DNA of 51,359 nt from a phage. This document shows positions 37,946 to 45,913 of the stretch, piece after piece (position 1 is the first letter of the stretch; each line of letters starts with the position of its first letter). Made by a program: the position numbers and the translations under genes. The stretch is from sequence record PZ452592.1. One strand, given 5' to 3'. Under the pieces are notes generated by a model that was not told the origin of the DNA, did no database searches, and worked only from the letters and a program-made list of their open reading frames with translations.

Positions 37946-38652
37946 TTTGAGTTTGACTCAAAGACGGCGCGAGCAAAGCCGCGCGGAGTGAGGGAGCGGA
38001 TCATCTTTGTGCGCGATGACTTACCGCCAGTTTTGGCCCAGCCTGGATTATCTTTGTCTTCCTCTTTCGGCAGGATTAAAGCGCGTGGAGGAATAACAAA
38101 GCCGTTGCCAGTCCAGAGGCACGTTTTCTTAAAATAGCGATCACGCGCCGGAATAATATCAGGGAAGTCGGGATGTTTATCATCTTCCGGCAGATAGCCA
38201 GCGTAATCGCACGGATGGAACGTATAATCAGGCTTTCGCCATAACGTTGACAACTTGCCAACCGGATTTTCGATCATGTAAGGAACGCCGAAATAATCAG
38301 CTATATCAGCCGCGATCCTGCAAGTGTCGGCGGCCTCATCCTGGAAAGATGGATTCTCAAGGCGTTTTTTGGCCCAATGGCGAGATCCGCTATTTGCAAG
38401 GTCAGTGCACGGCGGAAATGCCATAATAAAGTCAGGAATGCCCCATTCCTCCCAGCGCGCGCGGTGGTAAAATCTTTCATCAATCCAGACGTTAACGTAT
38501 TCGATATTCTCATGCTGTATGCGCACTGACTGGTAATCACCGTGATCGCCGCCGTCAGCATTAAAGCAAATGCACTTATAGCCATTATCAGCCCAATCTT
38601 TAACGGCTTTACCAGATCCATCAAATAGGGAGAATATTAAACCTTTATACAT
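37942..38652 (-). CDS. putative DNA cytosine-5 methyltransferase-like protein
   Basis: motifs FDGSGKA, FPPCTDLANSG, IENPVG resemble C5-MTase motifs I, IV, VI; small (236 aa); ATG 38652 with GAGG. Confidence 0.4.
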   Translation of the reverse strand: MYKGLIFSLFDGSGKAVKDWADNGYKCICFNADGGDHGDYQSVRIQHENIEYVNVWIDERFYHRARWEEWGIPDFIMAFPPCTDLANSGSRHWAKKRLENPSFQDEAADTCRIAADIADYFGVPYMIENPVGKLSTLWRKPDYTFHPCDYAGYLPEDDKHPDFPDIIPARDRYFKKTCLWTGNGFVIPPRALILPKEEDKDNPGWAKTGGKSSRTKMIRSLTPRGFARAVFESNSK

Positions 38653-38662
38653 CGTCATTACC

Positions 38663-38887
38663 TCAAAACGGAAAACAGCGCGGACAACCAGGATCGAAAT
38701 CGCATCCACAATCATTAACAATCATATTGGGATCTGCAAATATTGCGCTTGATTCAAGATCCATATCCATATCACCTAAAGCCTCATCAAGAGTCTTAAT
38801 TTTATATGCCACTTCAAGCGCCGCCTCTTTATTTAGTCCGGCATCTTCTGCCATTTGAAGGCGCTCAAAAAAACCGTCCTGACTCAT
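38663..38887 (-). CDS. hypothetical protein (acidic, C-terminal Cys cluster)
   Basis: 74-aa ORF; ATG overlaps stop of upstream mini-gene. Confidence 0.45.
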   Translation of the reverse strand: MSQDGFFERLQMAEDAGLNKEAALEVAYKIKTLDEALGDMDMDLESSAIFADPNMIVNDCGCDFDPGCPRCFPF

Positions 38888-39000
38888 CGCATAACTCCCT
38901 TAATAACAGCCAAGATAATAGCCAGGCCAGCAGCAGTAACCAAAAATCCAACCGCGCCAATAATCGAATAAAAAAAGAAATCAATAGCTTTATCTATCAT
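38884..39000 (-). CDS. small hydrophobic membrane peptide (38 aa)
   Basis: not in ORF track; RBS GAGGTGA upstream of ATG 39000; MIDKAIDFFFYSIIGAVGFLVTAAGLAIILAVIKGVMR. Confidence 0.3.
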   Translation of the reverse strand: MIDKAIDFFFYSIIGAVGFLVTAAGLAIILAVIKGVMR

Positions 39001-39010
39001 TTTTCACCTC

Positions 39011-39035
39011 ATTTAAAAGGCGGCAAAACGCCGCC
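39011..39035 (-). terminator. intrinsic terminator (minus strand)
   Basis: hairpin GGCGGC-AAAAC-GCCGCC; U-run follows on minus strand. Confidence 0.5.
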
Positions 39036-39042
39036 AGATTAA

Positions 39043-39270
39043 TTAAAGAGCGCGCCAACTTTGAATATAGAAAGCGTTTTCTTCCAGTAATTCTTTTACC
39101 TGATCTTTATTGTATTTGCGCACCTTACCGCCTGGATGGATACCAATAAGATAGCCGCCTTTGCCCTCGGTGATAGTGATTTGGCTAATTCCGCAGGACT
39201 TATCAAGTTTTACAGCCACGCGGTGATGAGCGTCAATAGTTGCCATAATGTTTAAAACTTTTGCTTTCAT
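39043..39270 (-). CDS. hypothetical protein
   Basis: 75-aa ORF, RBS GAGG 8 nt upstream. Confidence 0.5.
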   Translation of the reverse strand: MKAKVLNIMATIDAHHRVAVKLDKSCGISQITITEGKGGYLIGIHPGGKVRKYNKDQVKELLEENAFYIQSWRAL

Positions 39271-39378
39271 TTAAATATCCTCAATTGAAATATGAATGAC
39301 GTGGCGCTCTTTTTCCGTCGCCGCCGTAATGGTCATTTGCAACCGCCACCATCCAAGCGTTTTTGAAAATAAATAGCC

Positions 39379-39591
39379 TCATTTCTTATTTTTCAGCTTA
39401 AATTTATGACCTGGAACACCAGCGCCAATATACCCATCGTTGTATTCCATTAAATAAAGGTGAAGACCATTATCTGAAATTACATGAGGATCTTCTTTGA
39501 GATTTCCCATTAGTGGATATTCTTTTCCGCGCGTAAATTTCCAAATTGAGTTATAAGTTTCTACGCATTTAAGTTTTAATTGCTTTGCCAT
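39379..39591 (-). CDS. hypothetical protein
   Basis: 70-aa ORF, start overlaps upstream stop. Confidence 0.5.
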   Translation of the reverse strand: MAKQLKLKCVETYNSIWKFTRGKEYPLMGNLKEDPHVISDNGLHLYLMEYNDGYIGAGVPGHKFKLKNKK

Positions 39592-39788
39592 TAAATGATC
39601 TCCATGTATGTTTCAAAGCCATTTAACTTGAACAGGCCGTTTTCACATTTGCGCACATTCCAAGTTAGCCCTGAGTGGTACGCCTCCATATCATCAAGGT
39701 CAATGGTGATTTCAGCACCTTTCTTAAACAAACCTTTTTCGTGAGACTTGTCGCGCTTAACAACTTTAACATCAACCTGATTTTCCAT
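39591..39788 (-). CDS. hypothetical protein
   Basis: 65-aa ORF from ATG 39788 (track start 39839 is GTG inside the promoter cassette). Confidence 0.45.
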   Translation of the reverse strand: MENQVDVKVVKRDKSHEKGLFKKGAEITIDLDDMEAYHSGLTWNVRKCENGLFKLNGFETYMEII

Positions 39789-39819
39789 CTTTAAATCCTC
39801 GCTTGTTGTCGATGGGTGT

Positions 39820-39863
39820 AATATACCATTCAGGCGCACATCGTTTTTAACAAAAAGTGCTAT
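39820..39863 (-). promoter_or_regulatory. 19-mer promoter cassette
   Basis: minus strand: TAGCACTTTTTGTTAAAAAC + 17 nt + TATATT + CATCGACAACA leader. Confidence 0.5.
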
Positions 39864-40150
39864 TCAACAACTTTTCCAGTTAAAGAGATAAGTTGCCTTG
39901 TAATCTTGTGGCGGCGATACTTACGCGCAACAACAGGAAGGCTTTCACCGCTTTGATGACCAAAGCAGATCGGCAATTCACCTTCAAGCGAACGGAAGCC
40001 ACCAAATTCAAGATCCCGCACTGGCTTCGTGCGCCAGGCTTCAATAAATCCTCGCTCGTCACGAGTGATATAGCGGTATATATTTGGGAGGGGCAATTGT
40101 ATCCCCTCAAAATCCACTGTGTCGGTGTAGCTGTAAAACTTAGAACTCAT
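39860..40150 (-). CDS. hypothetical protein
   Basis: 96-aa ORF from ATG 40150 with GGAG upstream; stop TAG in 19-mer. Confidence 0.45.
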   Translation of the reverse strand: MSSKFYSYTDTVDFEGIQLPLPNIYRYITRDERGFIEAWRTKPVRDLEFGGFRSLEGELPICFGHQSGESLPVVARKYRRHKITRQLISLTGKVVE

Positions 40151-40292
40151 AGTCAACAACTCCAAACTCGTTAACGATTTGCGCCTTGTAGAATCCGCCA
40201 TTTTTCGCCAGGTTGTAACAAGCGGCTACGGTTTCAAATTCGCGCGCTTCCGGCTGGCTGTTTTCGTGTTCCCAGGTAATCAGAGTAACCAT
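40140..40292 (-). CDS. small hypothetical protein (50 aa)
   Basis: not in ORF track; RBS GAGG upstream of ATG 40292; downstream of cassette at 40326. Confidence 0.4.
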   Translation of the reverse strand: MVTLITWEHENSQPEAREFETVAACYNLAKNGGFYKAQIVNEFGVVDYEF

Positions 40293-40325
40293 TTTCAAAT
40301 CCTCGCATTCGTTGTCGATGCGTGT

Positions 40326-40369
40326 AATGTACAGGAATGCGAGGATTGAGTTTTAACAAAAAGTGCTAT
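40326..40369 (-). promoter_or_regulatory. 19-mer promoter cassette
   Basis: minus strand: TAGCACTTTTTGTTAAAAC + 18 nt + TACATT + CATCGACAACG leader. Confidence 0.5.
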
Positions 40370-40633
40370 TTAGTCCAGGAATTCGATTTCACGCTCTCCA
40401 GTTAACGGATCCACAAGCCAGAATCCGAGCGATTCGCCGTGAACACCGCCATAGAATCCAAGCGCCGTCAGATCTTCACCTTTAACAAATACCAGGTTTC
40501 CGCTACGGCTTACGTGAGACACGTTAACGATAACCGGAAATGTGCGATCCTTAAATGCGGGCCGCAGGGCGTAACATCCGTTATTGAGCAAACGTGCTTT
40601 GCGCTTAACTGGAATAGGTGCATTAATTTTCAT
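40370..40633 (-). CDS. hypothetical protein
   Basis: 87-aa ORF, RBS AAGGAG upstream of ATG 40633. Confidence 0.5.
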   Translation of the reverse strand: MKINAPIPVKRKARLLNNGCYALRPAFKDRTFPVIVNVSHVSRSGNLVFVKGEDLTALGFYGGVHGESLGFWLVDPLTGEREIEFLD

Positions 40634-40645
40634 GGTTATTACTCC

Positions 40646-40858
40646 TTATCGTAAAGATTTAAAGACGTATAGTTTATTGCGGTAACTATATATCCGCATT
40701 GTTATTTCTCGCAGTGCAATATATTCCTTCCTGTTTTCCGGTAGACTGGCGAGCAACAACAGGCAGTATTTATAAGCGCGGTCAAGATTTCTTTCCGTGC
40801 CCCTGCAATATCCATTATTGCGCCTGGAGCGGTACAGCCATAACAATTTCTTGAACAT
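40646..40858 (-). CDS. small basic hypothetical protein
   Basis: 70-aa ORF from ATG 40858, 1 nt after upstream stop; frame choice uncertain. Confidence 0.3.
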   Translation of the reverse strand: MFKKLLWLYRSRRNNGYCRGTERNLDRAYKYCLLLLASLPENRKEYIALREITMRIYSYRNKLYVFKSLR

Positions 40859-40859
40859 T

Positions 40860-41069
40860 TCAGATCCGCCCATACAGATCGCAAACTTCATTGATAAAGC
40901 AGCGTTGAGACTCTTTATCCTGCTTCTCAAACATCGCACGGCACTCATAGCGGTGATTATGCACGATGACAACAACCATATTTTCAGGCGCTGACGGGTG
41001 ACGCGCGGAAGCGTCGCAGATTGAAACATCCATACCCATCTCACGGGCTTTCTTGATCACATCAAGCAT
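40860..41069 (-). CDS. hypothetical protein
   Basis: 69-aa ORF from ATG 41069 with RBS AGGAG 8 nt upstream (track start 41093 is TTG). Confidence 0.5.
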   Translation of the reverse strand: MLDVIKKAREMGMDVSICDASARHPSAPENMVVVIVHNHRYECRAMFEKQDKESQRCFINEVCDLYGRI

Positions 41070-41323
41070 TTTTTCTTCTCCTGCAATAAGCAAACATCAT
41101 TGATAAAATCAGCACGGCCCTTAATGTTGCTGATGTGGAACGTCTTTTCAGCGTACAGGCCATCACCTTCAATCACGATCATTACGCGAGTCGGTTTATT
41201 CACGGGCGCACGAGAAAAGGGTTGGCGCACCGGAAGAAATTTAGTAGCCACATCCAGGTTAGACCTGGCGGCCCTGCAAAATGCCTCCGCCAGATCCAAA
41301 TCATTTTCGGTAATCACCGCCAT
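41057..41323 (-). CDS. hypothetical protein
   Basis: 88-aa ORF, start overlaps upstream stop. Confidence 0.45.
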   Translation of the reverse strand: MAVITENDLDLAEAFCRAARSNLDVATKFLPVRQPFSRAPVNKPTRVMIVIEGDGLYAEKTFHISNIKGRADFINDVCLLQEKKKCLM

Positions 41324-41595
41324 TACTTCTTGATCTCCTTACTGATAAATTTCAGCACCTGGCGCAAGAAAACTTCGTTGTTGATAGTCGCTGGCAATTC
41401 TTCTTTCACTTCTTGCGGCAGATAGATATTGCCGTGCCAGGTCAAGCAATCGTAGTTGATACGATAAGAGCAAAGCCACTCGCAATCGTTATCTGCTTCC
41501 CAAATGCAGAGTTGCAGAACATCGCCAAAATCTTCAACAGTCAGATCCAGACCGTGACGCTTAGCGAAATTGAAAGTGGTTTTGCTGATGTTCAT
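41323..41595 (-). CDS. hypothetical protein
   Basis: 90-aa ORF, first gene downstream of cassette at 41630; RBS AGGAG. Confidence 0.5.
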   Translation of the reverse strand: MNISKTTFNFAKRHGLDLTVEDFGDVLQLCIWEADNDCEWLCSYRINYDCLTWHGNIYLPQEVKEELPATINNEVFLRQVLKFISKEIKK

Positions 41596-41629
41596 TGCTA
41601 TCTCCTGAGCGGTTCGTTTTGATGTGTGT

Positions 41630-41673
41630 AATGTACCCGATCAGGTGGCCTGAGTTTTAACAAAAAGCGCTAT
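41630..41673 (-). promoter_or_regulatory. 19-mer promoter cassette
   Basis: minus strand: TAGCGCTTTTTGTTAAAAC + 18 nt + TACATT + CATCAAAACGAA leader. Confidence 0.5.
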
Positions 41674-41704
41674 TTGACGGTTAGCGCCAGGATTGTGATC
41701 GAAA

Positions 41705-41730
41705 TAATCAAAAGTAATCATTCGTAATCA
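41705..41730. repeat. iteron-like array, TAATCA x3 at 10-bp phase
   Basis: TAATCA at 41705, 41715, 41725; further AATCAC/TAATCA copies at 41731-41793. Confidence 0.55.
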
Positions 41731-41976
41731 AATCACGTCAAAATGATGATTGCCTTTGCAAATTTGATGAGGAAAGCAATCACGTTTAATCATTGGTTGC
41801 AGGGGAGATAGTGAAACATTCCCCTCTTGCCTCACTTTTCAGCCTGGCTGTCAGTGGTTGTTGTCTTTTGTTCACCACTGTTACCGATTTCAGGCGGCGT
41901 GTTTCCGCGCGGTTTTCCGGTGTAGCGAAAACGGAAAAAACAAAGAAAATCCTCTATAATACATTGAAAATAAAGA

Positions 41977-42155
41977 TTATTTATTTATATATATCTATAA
42001 TGTTTTCTTTTTGTTCTCACTGTTACAGTGCTTTTTGTTGGTTATGGTGTGGTTGTGTGTGGGTATATATGGATAGTTGCGCGCGCGGCGGATTGCATAT
42101 GTATATATACTTTTTCCGGCGGATTGCGTTAACAGCGTGAACAGAAAAATAACAG
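41977..42155. repeat. AT-rich diverged repeat, copy B
   Basis: collinear sequence blocks shared with 20866..21032. Confidence 0.45.
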
Positions 42156-42228
42156 CCGCGAAATCAATAACTTGCGCATGATTTTGTAGTTTTTCGATAT
42201 TGGTAACGTTTTGAATACAACAAAAACA

Positions 42229-42256
42229 TTGACACGCACCAAATAGCTTTTATAAT
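42229..42256 (+). promoter_or_regulatory. sigma70-type promoter (consensus hexamers)
   Basis: TTGACA - 16 nt - TATAAT, 32 nt upstream of ATG 42288. Confidence 0.65.
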
Positions 42257-42287
42257 GCGCCAACAGTCAACAACCGGAGGAAAGGAA

Positions 42288-42752
42288 ATGGAACAGAAAA
42301 CCACTAAGGACTATTGCGATTGGCTTCGCGAGCTTGGTCGCCGCCTGGCTAGTGGAGATATTGAAGAGTATAAAATGTCACTAATTGACCTGGCCGGAAT
42401 GTTAAGCGGTGACGACTGCTACAAGATCACGCGCAGTTCATCCTACAGCCGGACCATTATCAACCGCATTCCAGAAGTAAGGGCCGCAGGTCGGGTAAGC
42501 ATCAAGGTAGAGGAAACGGAAGATGATAAATTTTACGTTTTCCGCATGGTCCGCGAATCGAAAAGGAAAATCATCACACCCGAAGAATTGCCAGCCATCA
42601 AGGCAAGGGCGATCAAAAAGTTTGCCGATCGCTTGCTGGCAGCAATCCCGAATATCGTTGACCTGGAAGGGGATAAACTGGCTGGAGCTTGTGAGGGCGT
42701 AAGCCGCTACCAGGATATGATCCGCGAAATCATCAAAGAGGAAGAGCAATGA
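42288..42752 (+). CDS. hypothetical early protein
   Basis: 154-aa ORF from ATG 42288 with RBS GGAGG (track start 42255 lies inside the promoter). Confidence 0.5.
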   Translation: MEQKTTKDYCDWLRELGRRLASGDIEEYKMSLIDLAGMLSGDDCYKITRSSSYSRTIINRIPEVRAAGRVSIKVEETEDDKFYVFRMVRESKRKIITPEELPAIKARAIKKFADRLLAAIPNIVDLEGDKLAGACEGVSRYQDMIREIIKEEEQ

Positions 42753-43021
42753 AAAAGGCATTAATCAGCGTTTTGGTGGCAATGGCATTCCTGACCGGAT
42801 GCAAAGAAGATGGCGCGCATGTTGGCAATGTGCAGATGGCTAACCCTGGCGATGACTACAGCGTAAGGGAGCTATTCACCGCTGACGGTTGCACAGTTTA
42901 CCGATTCTATGACGATCGCACTGTTTACTTCACCAACTGCAAGGGAACGACTAGCTGGGAAGTGTCGAAAAGCAACGGTAAAGGCACAACAACAGAATAT
43001 ATGACCGTCGAGACAAAATAG
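42749..43021 (+). CDS. lipoprotein
   Basis: signal peptide with lipobox MKKALISVLVAMAFLTGC; ATGA overlap with upstream stop. Confidence 0.55.
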   Translation: MKKALISVLVAMAFLTGCKEDGAHVGNVQMANPGDDYSVRELFTADGCTVYRFYDDRTVYFTNCKGTTSWEVSKSNGKGTTTEYMTVETK

Positions 43022-43061
43022 CACTTTTTGTTAAAACGCCAGGTGCAAAGCCTGGCATAAT
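43019..43061 (+). promoter_or_regulatory. 19-mer promoter cassette
   Basis: TAGCACTTTTTGTTAAAAC + 18-nt perfect hairpin GCCAGG...CCTGGC + CATAAT + TCATCGAAACGA leader. Confidence 0.5.
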
Positions 43062-43093
43062 AGCCTCATCGAAACGAGATTGAGGAAACAAAA

Positions 43094-43279
43094 ATGGCAC
43101 GTCGCATCACCAAAGACCTTAAAGTCCTGAACAAAGAAAACGTAGTTAAAATCCTGGTTATATGGGGCTACAACGAAGAAGCAGCAAAGCAGAAGGTAGA
43201 GGCAGGTTATGACCTGGCTGTAAAAGCAATGCCAAACGACGACGCCAAAGGCATTGCAAACTATGTAGCGTTCTTTTAA
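43094..43279 (+). CDS. hypothetical protein
   Basis: 61-aa ORF, RBS GAGG. Confidence 0.5.
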   Translation: MARRITKDLKVLNKENVVKILVIWGYNEEAAKQKVEAGYDLAVKAMPNDDAKGIANYVAFF

Positions 43280-43294
43280 TTAGCAGGTGAATAA

Positions 43295-43480
43295 ATGAAA
43301 ACGAAATTAGTCCATAAATCAGAAATCAAGATCGGCGATACTGTGATTCACAACGGCGAGCTTAGAACGGTTGGCAAAGAGTCAATAAGCCGCGATGAAT
43401 TTATGGGGATCTTGTTGTTCGGTGACTCTTATCGTCTTGGTTACAAGATGGTTGAGCTTGTGGAAGAGGTCAAATTCTAA
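43295..43480 (+). CDS. hypothetical protein
   Basis: 61-aa ORF, RBS AGGTGA. Confidence 0.5.
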   Translation: MKTKLVHKSEIKIGDTVIHNGELRTVGKESISRDEFMGILLFGDSYRLGYKMVELVEEVKF

Positions 43481-43481
43481 A

Positions 43482-43524
43482 TAGCACTTTTTGTTAAAAC
43501 TAGAAAACGATAACCAGGCATAAT
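43482..43524 (+). promoter_or_regulatory. 19-mer promoter cassette
   Basis: TAGCACTTTTTGTTAAAAC + 18 nt + CATAAT; hairpin GGGCGGC...GTCGCCC follows. Confidence 0.5.
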
Positions 43525-43578
43525 AAATCACATAGGGCGGCACGGCGTCGCCCACAAAACCAATCAGGAGAAAGCACC

Positions 43579-44472
43579 ATGTTAAAACTTGCTGACATTA
43601 AATTCCCGATCACCTTCGAATCTCGCGGCATTGGTCATTACATTTTTACCGATGAAAAAACATGCCATAAAGTTGATTTGCATAGCTACAAGCGTGCGCC
43701 ATCAAGCATGGAGATTGAACACTTCATTGATGCACATAACAAGCACTACAACGCACTTAAAGACTATGGCTATGCAATGCCAGGCTACACATGTTTGCAC
43801 TACAAGCCATATAAGGGACAGGTGTTACCAGTACGCTCACCGGAACGCGCAGAGATTCCGATGGTCAATATGAAAACCTGCGACTACAAAAAGCTGTGGT
43901 GCTTAAGTCTGGACAATATCAAGTATCCGATCACGTTCCACACGACTGGTAAGTCAACGATTCGCTACACATCGCGCGAAAATGGCGTTTATAGCGATGG
44001 TACGAAATCAGAGTTGAAAGTTGATTTCTTTGTCAACGGTCACAACAAATTCAATCCGCACAACGAAGAGGATAAAGTGTACTACGTGGAAGACATTACA
44101 AAACACTTGTTTGGAGAAACTCCATTCGGCGGCGGTAAGACGTCAATTCAAAAAATCATTGGCGATGAGATCCACAAAGCGGCTGCCGAAATGAAAGCGC
44201 CTGGAGGCTGGCGTATTGACAAGAGCGCATTTGCAAATCAAGAAATCGTAACGCAGGGCGCAATTGAAGATATGCCAGTTGCAGCCACGCTAAAAGGAGT
44301 CCGGCTTGATGATGGTGTGTGGTTTGAAGTAACGGCTACACCAAAGACGATCGAGATTCATGATGACGTTGTTATTCTTCTGCTTCACTACGGCGGCTAT
44401 AAAAACCGGACGATTGCAGGTGAGATCAGCATCAAGCGCGGAACGATGGTTAAGTGGAAGGTCAAAGTGTAA
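43579..44472 (+). CDS. hypothetical protein with internal duplication
   Basis: 297 aa; two related segments (LADIKFPITFESRGIGHYIF / LDNIKYPITFHTTGKSTIRY); RBS AGGAG. Confidence 0.55.
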   Translation: MLKLADIKFPITFESRGIGHYIFTDEKTCHKVDLHSYKRAPSSMEIEHFIDAHNKHYNALKDYGYAMPGYTCLHYKPYKGQVLPVRSPERAEIPMVNMKTCDYKKLWCLSLDNIKYPITFHTTGKSTIRYTSRENGVYSDGTKSELKVDFFVNGHNKFNPHNEEDKVYYVEDITKHLFGETPFGGGKTSIQKIIGDEIHKAAAEMKAPGGWRIDKSAFANQEIVTQGAIEDMPVAATLKGVRLDDGVWFEVTATPKTIEIHDDVVILLLHYGGYKNRTIAGEISIKRGTMVKWKVKV

Positions 44473-44473
44473 A

Positions 44474-44515
44474 TAGCACGAATTGTTAAAACTCAAATGT
44501 GGGGCCAGGTATAAT
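44474..44515 (+). promoter_or_regulatory. 19-mer promoter cassette
   Basis: TAGCACGAATTGTTAAAAC + 17 nt + TATAAT inside hairpin GTGGGGCC...GGCCCCAC. Confidence 0.5.
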
Positions 44516-44545
44516 GGCCCCACTTTCAACGAAGGAGATAAAACG

Positions 44546-44767
44546 ATGTACATTAGCAAGAAGATGAAATGTGTTTCCGTTAACTATGCTTGCTCTGGCA
44601 TGTTCAAGCCTGGCGAAATCTATACGGCGCAAAAACTGAAATCATCAACCGGATCTTTTTACGTGAGCAATAGTAAGGGGCATCGCATGTTCCTGAACGG
44701 CGGCGAAGGCACTAAGGTTATGGCACACGCTATGGTAATGGCTGAATTTGAGGAAGTGAAACAATGA
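44546..44767 (+). CDS. hypothetical protein (paralog 1)
   Basis: 73-aa ORF from ATG 44546 with RBS AAGGAG; C-terminal half paralogous to next gene. Confidence 0.5.
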   Translation: MYISKKMKCVSVNYACSGMFKPGEIYTAQKLKSSTGSFYVSNSKGHRMFLNGGEGTKVMAHAMVMAEFEEVKQ

Positions 44768-44813
44768 TCATTGATGCGTTAAGAGCAATAGACCATTCTT
44801 CACGCCTGGCAAG

Positions 44814-44996
44814 GTGTACCAGGGCAAGAAGGACAAAAGAGATGGTCACTCTTATCATGTTTACTGCAACAACGGATACAAGTTTTACCTTAACGGCGAG
44901 AATGGAACTGAGATCGTTGCGTTTGAAAACGTAGTTGCCGAGTTCGAGCAGGTTACAGACGCGGAATTTGAGGAAGTGAAAGATGAAAACAAATAA
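44814..44996 (+). CDS. hypothetical protein (paralog 2, N-terminally disrupted)
   Basis: frame homologous to 44546 gene is open from 44775 but lacks ATG (GTG at 44814); an ATG at 44764 is in another frame. Confidence 0.35.
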   Translation: MYQGKKDKRDGHSYHVYCNNGYKFYLNGENGTEIVAFENVVAEFEQVTDAEFEEVKDENK

Positions 44997-45204
44997 GCGC
45001 GTCAAGCACAGGTTTACTGATAACCACGGCGACGCGATTGATGTATACAAGTTCGGCGATCGCGTGTTTATTGATGGCACGTTTGAAGGTGGGCGTAGGC
45101 CGGATTTTAGGTCGATACTTACCGTTGACCAAGTGCGCAAGCTGGCAGATAAGTTAAATGATCTGGCAGATGAAATAGAATACAAGCAAATCCATTTTAA
45201 TTGA
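44983..45204 (+). CDS. hypothetical protein
   Basis: 73-aa ORF overlapping upstream stop. Confidence 0.5.
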   Translation: MKTNKRVKHRFTDNHGDAIDVYKFGDRVFIDGTFEGGRRPDFRSILTVDQVRKLADKLNDLADEIEYKQIHFN

Positions 45205-45215
45205 TAGGTTTGATA

Positions 45216-45755
45216 ATGAAAAAATACACTTTCGAACTGTGGGGCAAGAAGTACGAATTAATCACCAGCAAGCCGATTGTTATCGTTGACCTGGACGGCA
45301 CACTATCGGACGGATCGCATCGTTTGCATTTGCTGCCAACTGAAAACTTGCACCTTACGGAATCGTGGCGCGAGTTTAACAGGGCCGCAGCAGGAGATTC
45401 ACCGATTAAAAGCACGATCGCGATTGTTAACGGTTTGTGGGTGTCGGGATTTGCCATCGTCATCTTGACCGGACGCAGCGACGAGGTGCGCTATGAAACC
45501 TGCAAATGGTTGAATGAGAGCGGCGTGAAGTTTGACGAAATCATCATGCGCCGCCAGGAGGACAACCGAAAGGATACGGTTATTAAAGAAGAAGCCTTGC
45601 GCGCTATTGGCCTGGACAATATTGTTTGCGCCTTTGACGATTCGCCGAACGTTGTTAAGCACTTCCGCAGCCTGGGAATCACAACCTATCAGGTCACGGA
45701 ATACGACAAGCCACACGCTCACCTGCAATCTCACGGCGTGGAGTGTTTAAAATGA
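45216..45755 (+). CDS. HAD-superfamily phosphatase
   Basis: HAD motif I VIVDLDGTL; 179 aa from ATG 45216 (track start 45201 is TTG). Confidence 0.55.
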   Translation: MKKYTFELWGKKYELITSKPIVIVDLDGTLSDGSHRLHLLPTENLHLTESWREFNRAAAGDSPIKSTIAIVNGLWVSGFAIVILTGRSDEVRYETCKWLNESGVKFDEIIMRRQEDNRKDTVIKEEALRAIGLDNIVCAFDDSPNVVKHFRSLGITTYQVTEYDKPHAHLQSHGVECLK

Positions 45756-45913
45756 CTTGGTTGCTTTTAATCTTTGTCACAAGTTACAACTCCGCAGCTA
45801 TTGAGTCGCAGGAGTTCCACGGCGAATCAAGATGCCAGGAAGCGCGAAAGCAAGTTGTTCTCCACATGTCAGATAGTGGGAAGGATGTAACAGCGTTATG
45901 CGTTCGTAAATAG
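45752..45913 (+). CDS. small hypothetical protein with hydrophobic N-terminus (53 aa)
   Basis: not in ORF track; ATGA overlap with upstream stop; stop TAG is the first triplet of the 19-mer. Confidence 0.4.
   Translation: MTWLLLIFVTSYNSAAIESQEFHGESRCQEARKQVVLHMSDSGKDVTALCVRK

Noticed and set aside
40702-41044. Alternative frames 40702..40884 and the full-length 40646..41044 ORF
   Set aside because: 41044 start is GTG without RBS and overlaps the RBS-supported gene 40860..41069; I kept only the 3-prime part (40646..40858). 40702..40884 has no start signal. The choice remains low-confidence.
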